Origin: an uncultured Roseburia sp. | Lineage (GTDB): Bacteria; Bacillota; Clostridia; Lachnospirales; Lachnospiraceae | Assembly: GCA_910577925.1 (NCBI GenBank) | Contig: CAJTOI010000011.1 | Coordinates: 33,491-97,490 of the forward strand | Direction: 5' to 3' | DNA: 64,000 nt | In this document: positions 36,535-45,388 of the stretch, in pieces | Position numbering within the stretch: the first letter of the stretch is position 1 | How the letters are laid out: each line of letters begins with the position of its first letter | Program-made: the position numbers and the translations under genes | The notes under the pieces: generated by a model | What the model saw: the letters and a program-made list of their open reading frames with translations, nothing else | Told to the model about the DNA's origin: nothing | The model's database searches: none

Positions 36535-37410
36535 ATGTTTATATATGATTCCTGCATATCCGCAATACAGTCCTGTCTGGAGACAAAGACGTTTGCTGTT
36601 GCCTGGATGTATAATGATGAAAAAACCATGAGTATTCATATTCATGACTGCTACGAGATTTATTTTTCCATTTCGGGCGGAAAGCAGTTCCTGATCGACA
36701 ATCGGATATACGAGTTCGAACCGGGAAATATTTTTTTTATCAATCAGTTTGAGAGTCATTATCTCGCGCAGATTGATCAGACGACCCACGAAAGAATTGT
36801 GATTTCCATTCACCCCGAGTATTTAAAACAGCTTTCCACGCCGCAGACGGACTTATACACCTGCTTTACTTGCAGAGAGACTCCGTTTGGACACAAAATC
36901 ATGCTCTCCGAGGAGGAGCAGAAGCGGTTTATTTACTATATCCACAAGCTGTCCGCAGATAAGAACTTCGGACAGGATATCATTGATCAGGCGGTCTTTG
37001 TGGAGCTGATGGCTTACCTGAACGGGATTTTTATCTCCCGCTGCAGCGAAAAGAAGACGGTAAGCGCGATACAGCGGGAGGCGGCAGGTTCTCACCATGG
37101 ACAGATTGACGAGATTTTGTCTTATATTAATCAACATCTGGCGGAAGAATTGACGATTCCTGCTCTGGCGGACCAGTTCCACTTCAGCAGCTCTTATCTG
37201 CGCAAGATATTCAAGGACGCTACGGGGACCACGATGAACCGCTACATCACTGCCAAGCGGATTTCCCGTGCAAAAACCCTGCTGGCGGAGGGACACTCCG
37301 TGGCGGAAACCGTCAATCTGTGCGGGTTCCGGGACTACAGTAATTTCCTCAAGGCATTTACGAAAGTCGTGGGAGTATCTCCGAAGAAATATGCATCCTA
37401 CGAGCATTGA
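36535..37410 (+). CDS. AraC family transcriptional regulator (cupin + double HTH)
   Basis: N-terminal cupin-like HIHDCYEIYFSISG; C-terminal AraC HTH LADQFHFSSSYLRKIFK...GFRDYSNFLKAFTKVVGVSPKKY. Confidence 0.85.
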   Translation: MFIYDSCISAIQSCLETKTFAVAWMYNDEKTMSIHIHDCYEIYFSISGGKQFLIDNRIYEFEPGNIFFINQFESHYLAQIDQTTHERIVISIHPEYLKQLSTPQTDLYTCFTCRETPFGHKIMLSEEEQKRFIYYIHKLSADKNFGQDIIDQAVFVELMAYLNGIFISRCSEKKTVSAIQREAAGSHHGQIDEILSYINQHLAEELTIPALADQFHFSSSYLRKIFKDATGTTMNRYITAKRISRAKTLLAEGHSVAETVNLCGFRDYSNFLKAFTKVVGVSPKKYASYEH

Positions 37411-37601
37411 GCGGATGACGGGAATGGCCGGAACATTTTTAAATACGCTCGATTGGGAAAAAGAAAAGCAGATTTGCAACATTTACAGATAAATATGACG
37501 GGAAATTGAGAAAACACTTTGCTATAATATATATATTCCGCAATGAGAAGGCGCACCGTGGAATTGTGTATGTCAAAAGAGTACAGTGAGGAGGTATGTA
37601 T

Positions 37602-38801
37602 ATGGGAGAGACAAAAACGGGGCAGACAAATCAGGAATGGCTGGATGAGGTGTATGACAAGCTGCTGCTTAAGATGAAAGCGGAGTGCGATCGGCTCGGG
37701 ACGCTGATTCCTTACACGCCGAAGGACGGAAAGTATGTCGATATGGGCGGTGACGATTCGCTCTACGGCATCGGCAACTGGACTAACGGCTTCTGGCCGG
37801 GGATGCTGTGGCAGATGTATGAGGCGACCGGTGACGAGGCATACCGGACCGCCGCAAAGGGGGTGGAGGACCGGTTGGCCGTTATCCTGGAGGATTCCGA
37901 TGAGGTGGATCACGATCTCGGTTTCCTGTTCCTGCCCTCCGCCGTGGCGAATTACCGCAAGACCGGGGATAAGGATGGGCGCCGCAGGGGACTTCTCGCG
38001 GCAAATCTGCTGGCGGGACGCTACAACCTGGAAGGCGGTTTTATCCGCGCGTGGCCGGACCGGATGGGGGAAATAGCCGGCAAGGTTATGGGCAGCGGCA
38101 AGTGCGATATCCGCGGCTGGATGATCGTTGACTGTATGATGAACATTCCGCTGCTGTACTGGGCGTCGGAGGAGACGGGGGACCCCCGGTTTCGGCATAT
38201 CGCAGTAAATCATGCCAAAACGGCGCAGCAGTATGTCACGCGCCCGGACGGAAGCTGCAATCACATTGTGGGTCTTGACCCCGAGACCGGTGAATTTATC
38301 CACGCTCCCGGCGGACAGGGCTACGGGGAGGGTTCCTCGTGGAGCAGAGGCCAGTCCTGGGCGGTGTATGGCTTTGCGCTGAGCTATCGCCACACCGGGG
38401 ACGTATCATTTTTGGACACCGCCAAACGGTGTGCGCATTACTGCATCGCCAATATGGCGGTCAACGACTGGCTGCCGCTTGTCGATTACCGCGCGCCAAA
38501 GGAGCCGGTGAAGTACGATACCACCGCGGCGATGATTACCGCCTGCGGTCTGCTGGAAATCGCAGAGCATGTGACCGAAAATGAAAAACGGTTTTATATC
38601 GAGGCGGCTTACCGCATGCTCAGAGCCTGCGACGAGAAGTTCTGCAATTGGGTTCCGGAGGAGGACTCTATCGTGGACGGCGGAACCTATTTCTACAACG
38701 ATCCCACCGGGGAAAACACCGAAGTGCCGATCATTTACGCGGACTACTATCTGATTGAGGCAGTGCTGCGGCTGAAAGGGAAAGATATGTTTATCTGGTA
38801 A
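37602..38801 (+). CDS. GH88 unsaturated glucuronyl hydrolase
   Basis: ORF 37596..38801; GAGGAGG spacing favours ATG 37602. Blocks GNWTNGFWPGMLW, HDLGFLF, WSRGQSWAVYGF. Confidence 0.85.
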   Translation: MGETKTGQTNQEWLDEVYDKLLLKMKAECDRLGTLIPYTPKDGKYVDMGGDDSLYGIGNWTNGFWPGMLWQMYEATGDEAYRTAAKGVEDRLAVILEDSDEVDHDLGFLFLPSAVANYRKTGDKDGRRRGLLAANLLAGRYNLEGGFIRAWPDRMGEIAGKVMGSGKCDIRGWMIVDCMMNIPLLYWASEETGDPRFRHIAVNHAKTAQQYVTRPDGSCNHIVGLDPETGEFIHAPGGQGYGEGSSWSRGQSWAVYGFALSYRHTGDVSFLDTAKRCAHYCIANMAVNDWLPLVDYRAPKEPVKYDTTAAMITACGLLEIAEHVTENEKRFYIEAAYRMLRACDEKFCNWVPEEDSIVDGGTYFYNDPTGENTEVPIIYADYYLIEAVLRLKGKDMFIW

Positions 38802-38872
38802 TCGGGAACGGGAATCGGATTACATGGGTCATGGTTTGGACAAAGTATAGAGTATAAGGAGGGAATTAAAAA

Positions 38873-39664
38873 ATGGCAGATTTTAGTTTGAAGGGCAAAA
38901 CGGCGTTGGTCACCGGCGCATCTTACGGCATTGGCTTTGCCATTGCAAATGCATTGGCAGAGGCCGGGGCGACGATCGTTTTCAACGATATCAAGCAGGA
39001 GCTCGTGGACAAGGGGCTGGCTGCATACGCGGAGAACGGCATCACCGCGCACGGCTATGTGTGTGATGTGACAGACGAGGAGGCGGTGCAGGCCATGGTG
39101 GCTCAGATTGAGTCCGAGGTAGGCGTTATCGACATTCTGGTAAACAATGCGGGCATCATCAAGCGGATTCCGATGCTTGAGATGAGTGCAAAGGATTTCC
39201 GTCAGGTCATCGATGTGGACCTGAATGCGCCGTTTATCGTGTCAAAGGCCGTGATCCCAAGTATGATTAAAAAGGGCGGCGGCAAGATTATCAATATCTG
39301 CTCGATGATGAGCGAACTGGGACGTGAGACCGTATCCGCATACGCGGCGGCCAAGGGCGGACTGAAAATGCTGACGAAGAACATTGCGAGCGAGTACGGA
39401 CAGTACAATATCCAGTGCAACGGCATCGGACCCGGCTATATTGCAACGCCGCAGACCGCGCCTCTGCGGGAGGTTCAGCCCGACGGTTCGAAGCATCCGT
39501 TTGATCAGTTCATTCTTGCCAAGACACCGGCGAACCGCTGGGGAGAGGCTGCGGATCTGGGTGGTCCGGCAGTGTTCCTTGCCTCTGCGGCTTCGGACTT
39601 TGTAAACGGGCACATTCTGTATGTGGACGGCGGTATTTTAGCATATATCGGCAAACAGCCGTAA
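38873..39664 (+). CDS. SDR oxidoreductase, gluconate-5-dehydrogenase / KduD / DhuD-like
   Basis: TGASYGIG cofactor motif, catalytic YAAAK. Confidence 0.85.
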   Translation: MADFSLKGKTALVTGASYGIGFAIANALAEAGATIVFNDIKQELVDKGLAAYAENGITAHGYVCDVTDEEAVQAMVAQIESEVGVIDILVNNAGIIKRIPMLEMSAKDFRQVIDVDLNAPFIVSKAVIPSMIKKGGGKIINICSMMSELGRETVSAYAAAKGGLKMLTKNIASEYGQYNIQCNGIGPGYIATPQTAPLREVQPDGSKHPFDQFILAKTPANRWGEAADLGGPAVFLASAASDFVNGHILYVDGGILAYIGKQP

Positions 39665-39697
39665 GAGAGAAATATGATAATTTCAGGAGGAAAAACA

Positions 39698-40333
39698 ATG
39701 AGAATCGCATTAATCAATGAGAACAGCCAGGCAGCGAAAAACGCCACGATCCTGGCGGCGCTGAAAAAAGTCGTGGAGCCTATGGGCCATACCGTGGATA
39801 ATTACGGAATGTATGCCGCGGACGACGCGAGCCAGCTCACTTATGTACAGTGCGGGATTTTGGGAGCAATCCTTTTGAACAGCGGTGCGGCGGACTTTGT
39901 GATCACCGGCTGCGGCACCGGCGAGGGAGCCATGCTGGCGATGAACAGCTTCCCCGGCGTGATCTGCGGCCATGTGGAAGATCCGGTGGACGCCTATACC
40001 TTTGCCCATGTCAATGACGGTAATGCCGTGGCAATGCCGTTTGCCAAAGGCTTTGGCTGGGGCGGCGAGCTGAATCTGGAGTATGTGTTTGAGAAGCTGT
40101 TCGGCTTCGGTCACGGCCAGGGTTATCCGCCCGAGCGCGTGGAGCCGGAGATGCGGAACAAGCGCATTCTGGACGAAGTGCGTGCAAAGACGCTGCGGCC
40201 GCTGATTGACGGTCTGAAAGACATCGATCAGGAGCTGCTGAAGGGTGCCGTAGCGGGGGAGCATTTTAAAGAGCTGTTTTTTGCAAACTGCAAAAACGCA
40301 GAGATCGAGGAGTATGTAAAGGGACTGCTGTAA
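39698..40333 (+). CDS. RpiB/LacA/LacB-family sugar isomerase, DhuI-like
   Basis: ORF 39674..40333; ATG 39698 after AGGAGG. GCGTGEG block; position after UGL and the SDR matches the streptococcal DhuD/DhuI arrangement. Confidence 0.75.
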   Translation: MRIALINENSQAAKNATILAALKKVVEPMGHTVDNYGMYAADDASQLTYVQCGILGAILLNSGAADFVITGCGTGEGAMLAMNSFPGVICGHVEDPVDAYTFAHVNDGNAVAMPFAKGFGWGGELNLEYVFEKLFGFGHGQGYPPERVEPEMRNKRILDEVRAKTLRPLIDGLKDIDQELLKGAVAGEHFKELFFANCKNAEIEEYVKGLL

Positions 40334-40411
40334 GCAGCCGGACCCGGACTGCCGGCGCCAGGAGGCGCCGGGATCCGGGTATTTTTGAATCGAGTATGAA
40401 AGGGGTATGGC

Positions 40412-41230
40412 ATGGCAAAACTGAGTATTGATTTACAAAACGGCTCGGGTGACAGGAAATGTCACGCAGAAGGAGAAGACAATATCTGGATGGTGCACCA
40501 GGGGGAATACGATCCCGGTGACAAGCTGATTTTTTCCACGGACGAGTTTCCGGCATTCTATGTGATAAGGGTGGACGGAGCGATGGATGAAGCCTACGTG
40601 TATCTCACCCGGGCCGAGGTGGAGTATACCATTCCGTTCGAAAAGGAGAATCCGTTTGGGATGCCCAGAATCTCCTATTGTCCCGGCAGTTTCATCGGGG
40701 AACGGCATTACGTCACGATGCGCAGAGTAAAAGAACCGGAAAACGCGAATTACCGCAACCTGGCTAAAAATGTGATGGATCAAAAGGACAGCGAGGGCTG
40801 CTATCCGCATGTTCACGCGAATGTGGCGACAAAAGGCCCGATTGAGGCGTTGTTTGCCGCCCGCAACGTGATAGACGGCGTGCTTGCAAATACCTGTCAT
40901 TATCCCTGGCCGTTCCAGTCATGGGGGATAGACCAGCGGGAGGACGCCGAGATTACGGTGGAGTTCGGCCGACCCGTGGATATGGATGAGCTGCGGCTGA
41001 CCACGCGTGCGGATTTCCCGCACGACAGCTGGTGGGAGGAGGCTACGGTATCGTTTTCCGACGGAAGCTCCGAGATCCTTAAAATGGAAAAAAGCGTGGC
41101 TCCCCATGTATTTCCGATCCGGCGTACCGGGATTACCTGGCTGAAACTAAGCAGCCTGATCCGCGCGGATGATCCGTCCCCGTTCCCGGCGCTGACGCAG
41201 ATTGAGGTATTTGGCCGTAATTCGCAGTGA
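40412..41230 (+). CDS. cytoplasmic protein with C-terminal discoidin/F5-8-type-C-like carbohydrate-binding domain (tentative)
   Basis: No signal peptide; C-terminal half VIDGV...WPFQSWG...ITVEFGRPVDMDELRL...ALTQIEVFG resembles galactose-binding-like domains. Confidence 0.45.
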   Translation: MAKLSIDLQNGSGDRKCHAEGEDNIWMVHQGEYDPGDKLIFSTDEFPAFYVIRVDGAMDEAYVYLTRAEVEYTIPFEKENPFGMPRISYCPGSFIGERHYVTMRRVKEPENANYRNLAKNVMDQKDSEGCYPHVHANVATKGPIEALFAARNVIDGVLANTCHYPWPFQSWGIDQREDAEITVEFGRPVDMDELRLTTRADFPHDSWWEEATVSFSDGSSEILKMEKSVAPHVFPIRRTGITWLKLSSLIRADDPSPFPALTQIEVFGRNSQ

Positions 41231-41365
41231 CAGAGAGGATGCCTGCACAGACGGCAGCTGAGGCGGACATGCCGCCTTACATCAAAGAATCTTCTGCCGC
41301 TTAATCGGGTACGAAAACATCAGGTTCATGGCTCCGGCCCTCCGGTATGATTTTGTCGAATCAAT

Positions 41366-41839
41366 TCATTTGGTCAGTTCAAGTACGGCGACTGCAGGTT
41401 CAAAAAGAACGACATAATTGTCAACGGTCGTGTAGGCGCCGTATTTGCCTTTGTAATAAGATATGGCATCTCTTAAAAAGTCTTCGGTTACATTGAGGTA
41501 TTCGGCGGTTTCGGAAAAGCTCTGACAGTGATGCCGGTAGGCGTTCAGAATCCCGTGTAAGCCGACGAGCCGGTCGTATGCGTGAATGCGGCCGCGCATC
41601 TCCTGCCTGCGGTTAGCCGCGGAAGACTGCAGAACGATATCTCCGACCGCGGTATAGTGGTGACCGAGTTCCTCCGCCAGAATGCAGGCTTTTTCGGCGT
41701 CTGTTTCCATGTTTTTACCCAGAGCAACCACACCGTCACAATAAAGGCCCTTTAAACGCTTGCTTTCGAGGGGATAATTTTCGATGACGGTTATATTATT
41801 TTTTTCTGCATGGTCCAAAAGTTTTTCGTATTCTGTCAA
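41366..41839 (-). CDS. ImmA/IrrE-family metallopeptidase
   Basis: HEXXH zinc motif in ILAEELGHHYT; lies downstream of the XRE repressor gene on the same strand. Confidence 0.85.
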   Translation of the reverse strand: MTEYEKLLDHAEKNNITVIENYPLESKRLKGLYCDGVVALGKNMETDAEKACILAEELGHHYTAVGDIVLQSSAANRRQEMRGRIHAYDRLVGLHGILNAYRHHCQSFSETAEYLNVTEDFLRDAISYYKGKYGAYTTVDNYVVLFEPAVAVLELTK

Positions 41840-41931
41840 ATTTATTACTCCATAATAATTGTTCGGATTTTCATCGCTGCCGTGAAGGTACCTTCCTAAA
41901 TAATATCACAGATGATGTCCAATAAATGAGA

Positions 41932-42258
41932 CTACTGCCGTCTGGATTTGACAAATTCGGCAAATTTTTTGATTTCGTCCAGTTCCGCTTCGGTGTATTC
42001 GTCGCCGTCAAAGTGGGCGGCGATGGTCCGGGGCTCATTTTCCCCGCTGCCGTCTGCAAATAAATAGGAAGTGGAAGTATTCAGCGCTTTTGCAAAAGCG
42101 GATATTTTACTTTGCGGCAGGTCTACCTTCCCCGCTTCGACTTTTGCAATGGCTGTCTTATCCTTATATCCGACTAATTCGGCGAGTGCGGACTGAGATA
42201 ACTTTTTTTCTTCCCGCAGAGCTTTGATTCTTAATCCCATCGATTCCTGTGCCGTCAT
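41932..42258 (-). CDS. XRE-family HTH repressor
   Basis: ORF 41932..42270 (TTG); the ATG at 42258 is more plausible. HTH LSQSALAELVGYKDKTAIAKVEAG. Confidence 0.85.
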   Translation of the reverse strand: MTAQESMGLRIKALREEKKLSQSALAELVGYKDKTAIAKVEAGKVDLPQSKISAFAKALNTSTSYLFADGSGENEPRTIAAHFDGDEYTEAELDEIKKFAEFVKSRRQ

Positions 42259-42284
42259 GCTGTTCACCAACCTTTCCTATAGTT

Positions 42285-42313
42285 ATCATACCATGAAAAA
42301 GAATTTTATTCAA
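42285..42313 (-). promoter_or_regulatory. leftward promoter for the XRE/ImmA genes
   Basis: Minus strand TTGAAT (42308-42313), 17-nt spacer, extended -10 TGGTATGAT (-10 hexamer 42285-42290). Confidence 0.6.
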
Positions 42314-42329
42314 CTTTTTTCGAAAAACA

Positions 42330-42346
42330 GTTGACAAAAATTCAAC
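42330..42346. promoter_or_regulatory. 17-bp operator-like palindrome Oa
   Basis: GTTGAC-AAAAA-TTCAAC, overlapping the -35 of the rightward promoter. Confidence 0.55.
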
Positions 42347-42359
42347 CGTGGTGTAATAT
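42331..42359 (+). promoter_or_regulatory. rightward promoter toward the tail genes
   Basis: TTGACA (42331-42336), 17-nt spacer, TAATAT (42354-42359). Confidence 0.65.
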
Positions 42360-42367
42360 GATCGCAG

Positions 42368-42384
42368 GTTGAACAATATTCAAC
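42368..42384. promoter_or_regulatory. 17-bp operator-like palindrome Ob
   Basis: GTTGAA-CAATA-TTCAAC, perfect arms, just downstream of the rightward -10. Confidence 0.6.
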
Positions 42385-42448
42385 AAAAAAGCAGAAAAAT
42401 GTTTGATTTGACAAAATCAAGGCCTCATAATATTTTTTTACAAAAGAA

Positions 42449-42465
42449 GTTGAATATAAATCAAC
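42449..42465. promoter_or_regulatory. 17-bp operator-like palindrome Oc
   Basis: GTTGAA-TATAA-ATCAAC, 5/6 arm symmetry, 20 nt upstream of the first tail-module ORF. Confidence 0.5.
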
Positions 42466-42486
42466 CGAGAAAGAAGGTGAGGAGCG

Positions 42487-42918
42487 ATAAATACGATAAT
42501 CGATGCGGTCGGAATCGCGCTGAATGAGGAATTTGGCGATAATTACACAATCCAGACGGAAGAGACCGGGCAGAACGAGGAGAACGCTTGCTTTTTTGTT
42601 TCCTGCATCAGCCAGACAAACAGCCGGATATCCGGGAACCGGTATTTTTGGGCAAATCAATTCCGCATTCGATATTTCCCGCAGACCGGTGAAAAACAGA
42701 AGGAATGCAACGATATTGCGGCAAGATTGCAGCAGTGCCTGGAATATATCACGATTCGCGGAGAGGACAGGCCGGCCCGGGGGACGAAGATGAAATGCGA
42801 GATAACGGACGGTGTCTTGAATTTCTTTGTAAATTACGACTGCTTCGTGATCCGGGTGAAACAGAAGGAATGTATGGAGCAGTTGGAAGGAAAGACCGGT
42901 GTGAAAGGAGGCGAGTGA
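42487..42918 (+). CDS. small tail-module protein (tail-terminator/XkdJ position), no canonical start codon
   Basis: Frame open from 42481 (after TGA 42478-42480) to TGA 42916-42918 with protein-like translation (INTIIDAVGIALNEEFGDNYTIQTEE...VLNFFVNYDCFVIRV). First ATG/GTG/TTG in frame is only at 42727; ATA at 42487 follows GAAGGTGAGGAG. Confidence 0.5.
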   Translation: MNTIIDAVGIALNEEFGDNYTIQTEETGQNEENACFFVSCISQTNSRISGNRYFWANQFRIRYFPQTGEKQKECNDIAARLQQCLEYITIRGEDRPARGTKMKCEITDGVLNFFVNYDCFVIRVKQKECMEQLEGKTGVKGGE

Positions 42919-43127
42919 TTTTGGCGGCAGTGAAAAAGCGGGAAACCGGTGCACAGGCAGAAAGCAGGATGGCGGAAGCGCTGTTCAATAAAGAGCAGAT
43001 TGCGGCATCAGGGCGATATCGCAGTCAAAGGGATCTGGTGGAGGCCCTTCTTACAGAGGGGAAAACGTACACCATCGCAGCAGTTGACAACATGATTGAG
43101 AAATACAGGAAAGGAAAGGTGAACTAA
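42915..43127 (+). CDS. small hypothetical tail-module protein
   Basis: GTG 42915 overlaps the upstream stop (GTGA) and follows AAAGGAGG. Ends 1 nt before the sheath ATG. Part of listed ORF 42705..43127. Confidence 0.5.
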   Translation: MILAAVKKRETGAQAESRMAEALFNKEQIAASGRYRSQRDLVEALLTEGKTYTIAAVDNMIEKYRKGKVN

Positions 43128-43128
43128 T

Positions 43129-44436
43129 ATGGCTTTAGGCGGCGGTAATTTTACCACACAGAATAAGGAATTACCCGGCACATACATCAACTTCGTGTCG
43201 GCGGCTTCCGCTTCGGCGGCATTATCCGGACGGGGGATTGCAACGATGCCTCTCGAGCTGGACTGGGGAAAAGAGGGAGAAGTTTTTGAGGTGACAAACG
43301 AGGAGTTCCAGAAAAACAGCATGAAGATTTTCGGATATGCGTTTGACGATCCGAAAATGAAGGGGATTCGTGATCTGTTTTTGGGAGCAAAAACTTTATA
43401 CGCATACCGCTTAAACGGCGGCGGGGAAAAAGCGTCAAATACATATGCGTCGGCTCTGTACGGCGGAACCCGCGGGAATGATCTGAAAATTGTGATTCAG
43501 GCGAACGCGGACGATGAGGCAAAGTTTGATGTGGCAACCTACCTCGGAACGGCAAAGGTGGACACACAGACGGTTGCGGCGGCATCCGAACTTACCGCAA
43601 ATGACTATGTGACTTTTAAAGCGGACGCAGAGCTCGCCGTTACGGCATCCATGCCGCTTGCAGGCGGGACAGACGGAACGGTCGACGGCACGGCGCACCA
43701 GAACTATCTCGATAAAATCGAGTCGTACACCTATAACACGATGGGTGCGGCGGTGACGGACGAGACGACAAAGAAGCTGTATGCGGCGTTTAACAGGCGC
43801 CTCCGGGATGAGATGGGAGTGAAATTCCAGCTGGTGCTTTACCGGATGAACGCAGACTTCCCCGGTGTGATCAGCGTGAAGAATAAGGTCACGGATGCCG
43901 GATGGAGTGAGGCTGCGCTTGTATACTGGGTGACCGGCGCCGAGAGCGGCTGCGCAGTCAATAAATCCTGTCAGAATAAGGTCTATGACGGCTCCTTTAC
44001 GGTTGATGCGGATTTCACACAGAACGAGCTGCGTCAGGCCATGAAAGACGGAGAGTTTGTGCTGCACCGGGTAAATACGGATATCCGCGTCCTGGAAGAC
44101 ATCAATACGATGGTTACGGTGACGGATACGCAGGGGGAAGTTTTTAAGGACAATCAGACCATCCGTGTCATTGACCAGATCGGAAATGACATTGCGGTAC
44201 TGTTTGCGACAAAGTATCTGGGTGTTGTCCCGAATGATGCGGCAGGCAGAGTCTCTCTGTGGTCCGATATCGTGGCGCATCACCGGGAACTGGAAAGAAT
44301 CCGTGCAATCGAGGATTTTTCCGACAGCGATGTGACCGTGGAGCAGGGGACATCAAAGAAATCCGTGGTTGTCACCGATCTTGTGACGGTCGTAAATGCG
44401 ATGAGCAAACTGTATATGACCTGCATGATATCTTAA
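43129..44436 (+). CDS. contractile tail sheath protein (XkdK-like)
   Basis: 435 aa; N-terminus MALGGGNFTTQNKELPGTYINF is typical of Firmicute phage sheath proteins. Confidence 0.9.
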   Translation: MALGGGNFTTQNKELPGTYINFVSAASASAALSGRGIATMPLELDWGKEGEVFEVTNEEFQKNSMKIFGYAFDDPKMKGIRDLFLGAKTLYAYRLNGGGEKASNTYASALYGGTRGNDLKIVIQANADDEAKFDVATYLGTAKVDTQTVAAASELTANDYVTFKADAELAVTASMPLAGGTDGTVDGTAHQNYLDKIESYTYNTMGAAVTDETTKKLYAAFNRRLRDEMGVKFQLVLYRMNADFPGVISVKNKVTDAGWSEAALVYWVTGAESGCAVNKSCQNKVYDGSFTVDADFTQNELRQAMKDGEFVLHRVNTDIRVLEDINTMVTVTDTQGEVFKDNQTIRVIDQIGNDIAVLFATKYLGVVPNDAAGRVSLWSDIVAHHRELERIRAIEDFSDSDVTVEQGTSKKSVVVTDLVTVVNAMSKLYMTCMIS

Positions 44437-44453
44437 GGAAGGAGTGAAGAAAA

Positions 44454-44936
44454 ATGAGCCAGAATGTGATTATGAATGCCAAGGACGCCGTGTACGGCAG
44501 TCTTGCAGAGTGTTTCATTACAATTGAGAACAGGCGTTACAATTTCATGAGCCTGACAGATTTTGAGAGTAAATGGGAGGTAAATATCACGGATGTTCCG
44601 ATTCTGGGAAAAGTCGGAATGGGACATAAAGCGGCAGGCGGAAAAGGTACATGGAGCGGCACGGCACATTACAACCAGTCCGTTTTCCGGGAAATGGCAA
44701 ACCATTACCAGAAAACCGGCGAAATGCCGTATTTTGAAATCCAGGTGAGCAATGAGGACCCTGTCAGCGCGGCGGGCAGACAGACCATCGTGCACAGAGA
44801 CTGCCTGTGCGACACGTTTGTGCTTGCGAAATTCCAGGCCGGTGAGGAGATTTTGGACGAGGAGCTCTCCGGAACTTTTGAGAGCTGGGACATGCCGGAG
44901 AAATTTAACGAGATAGACGGTTTTGTCGCGAACTAA
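44454..44936 (+). CDS. tail tube protein (XkdM-like)
   Basis: 160 aa immediately after the sheath gene; block ECFITIENRRYNFMSLTDFESKWE resembles XkdM-type tube proteins. Confidence 0.85.
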   Translation: MSQNVIMNAKDAVYGSLAECFITIENRRYNFMSLTDFESKWEVNITDVPILGKVGMGHKAAGGKGTWSGTAHYNQSVFREMANHYQKTGEMPYFEIQVSNEDPVSAAGRQTIVHRDCLCDTFVLAKFQAGEEILDEELSGTFESWDMPEKFNEIDGFVAN

Positions 44937-44956
44937 CAGAAAGGGGACAAGTATTT

Positions 44957-45388
44957 ATGTCAAAATTCAGCCGTTTTATGCGGACAAATAAAATCACAGA
45001 ACCAAATGTGAAGTATGCACCTACCCATACGCTTCTGGACGAAAACGGGAAGCCGCTGGAATGGGAATTTAAGCAGATATCTTCGAAAGAAAACGAGGAG
45101 CTGCGGGATTCCTGCACGATCGAGGTTCCGATCAAAGGAAAGCCGAACCTCTACAGGCCGAAGGTAAAGACTGCCGAATATCTCGCAAAGATGATTGTGG
45201 CATCGACGGTATATCCGGACCTGTATGACAAGGAGCTGCAGGACTCCTACGGGGTTATGACACCGGAAGAATTGCTCTATGCAATGGTGGATAATGCCGG
45301 AGAATATCAGGAATTTGCCGCCTGGATGCAGAAATTCCAGGGGTTTGCGAAGGGGCTTGACGATAAGGTAGACGAGGCAAAAAACTGA
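44957..45388 (+). CDS. tail assembly chaperone (XkdN-like), short form
   Basis: 143 aa between the tube and tape-measure genes; ends with slippery A_AAA_AAC followed by TGA. Confidence 0.8.
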   Translation: MSKFSRFMRTNKITEPNVKYAPTHTLLDENGKPLEWEFKQISSKENEELRDSCTIEVPIKGKPNLYRPKVKTAEYLAKMIVASTVYPDLYDKELQDSYGVMTPEELLYAMVDNAGEYQEFAAWMQKFQGFAKGLDDKVDEAKN

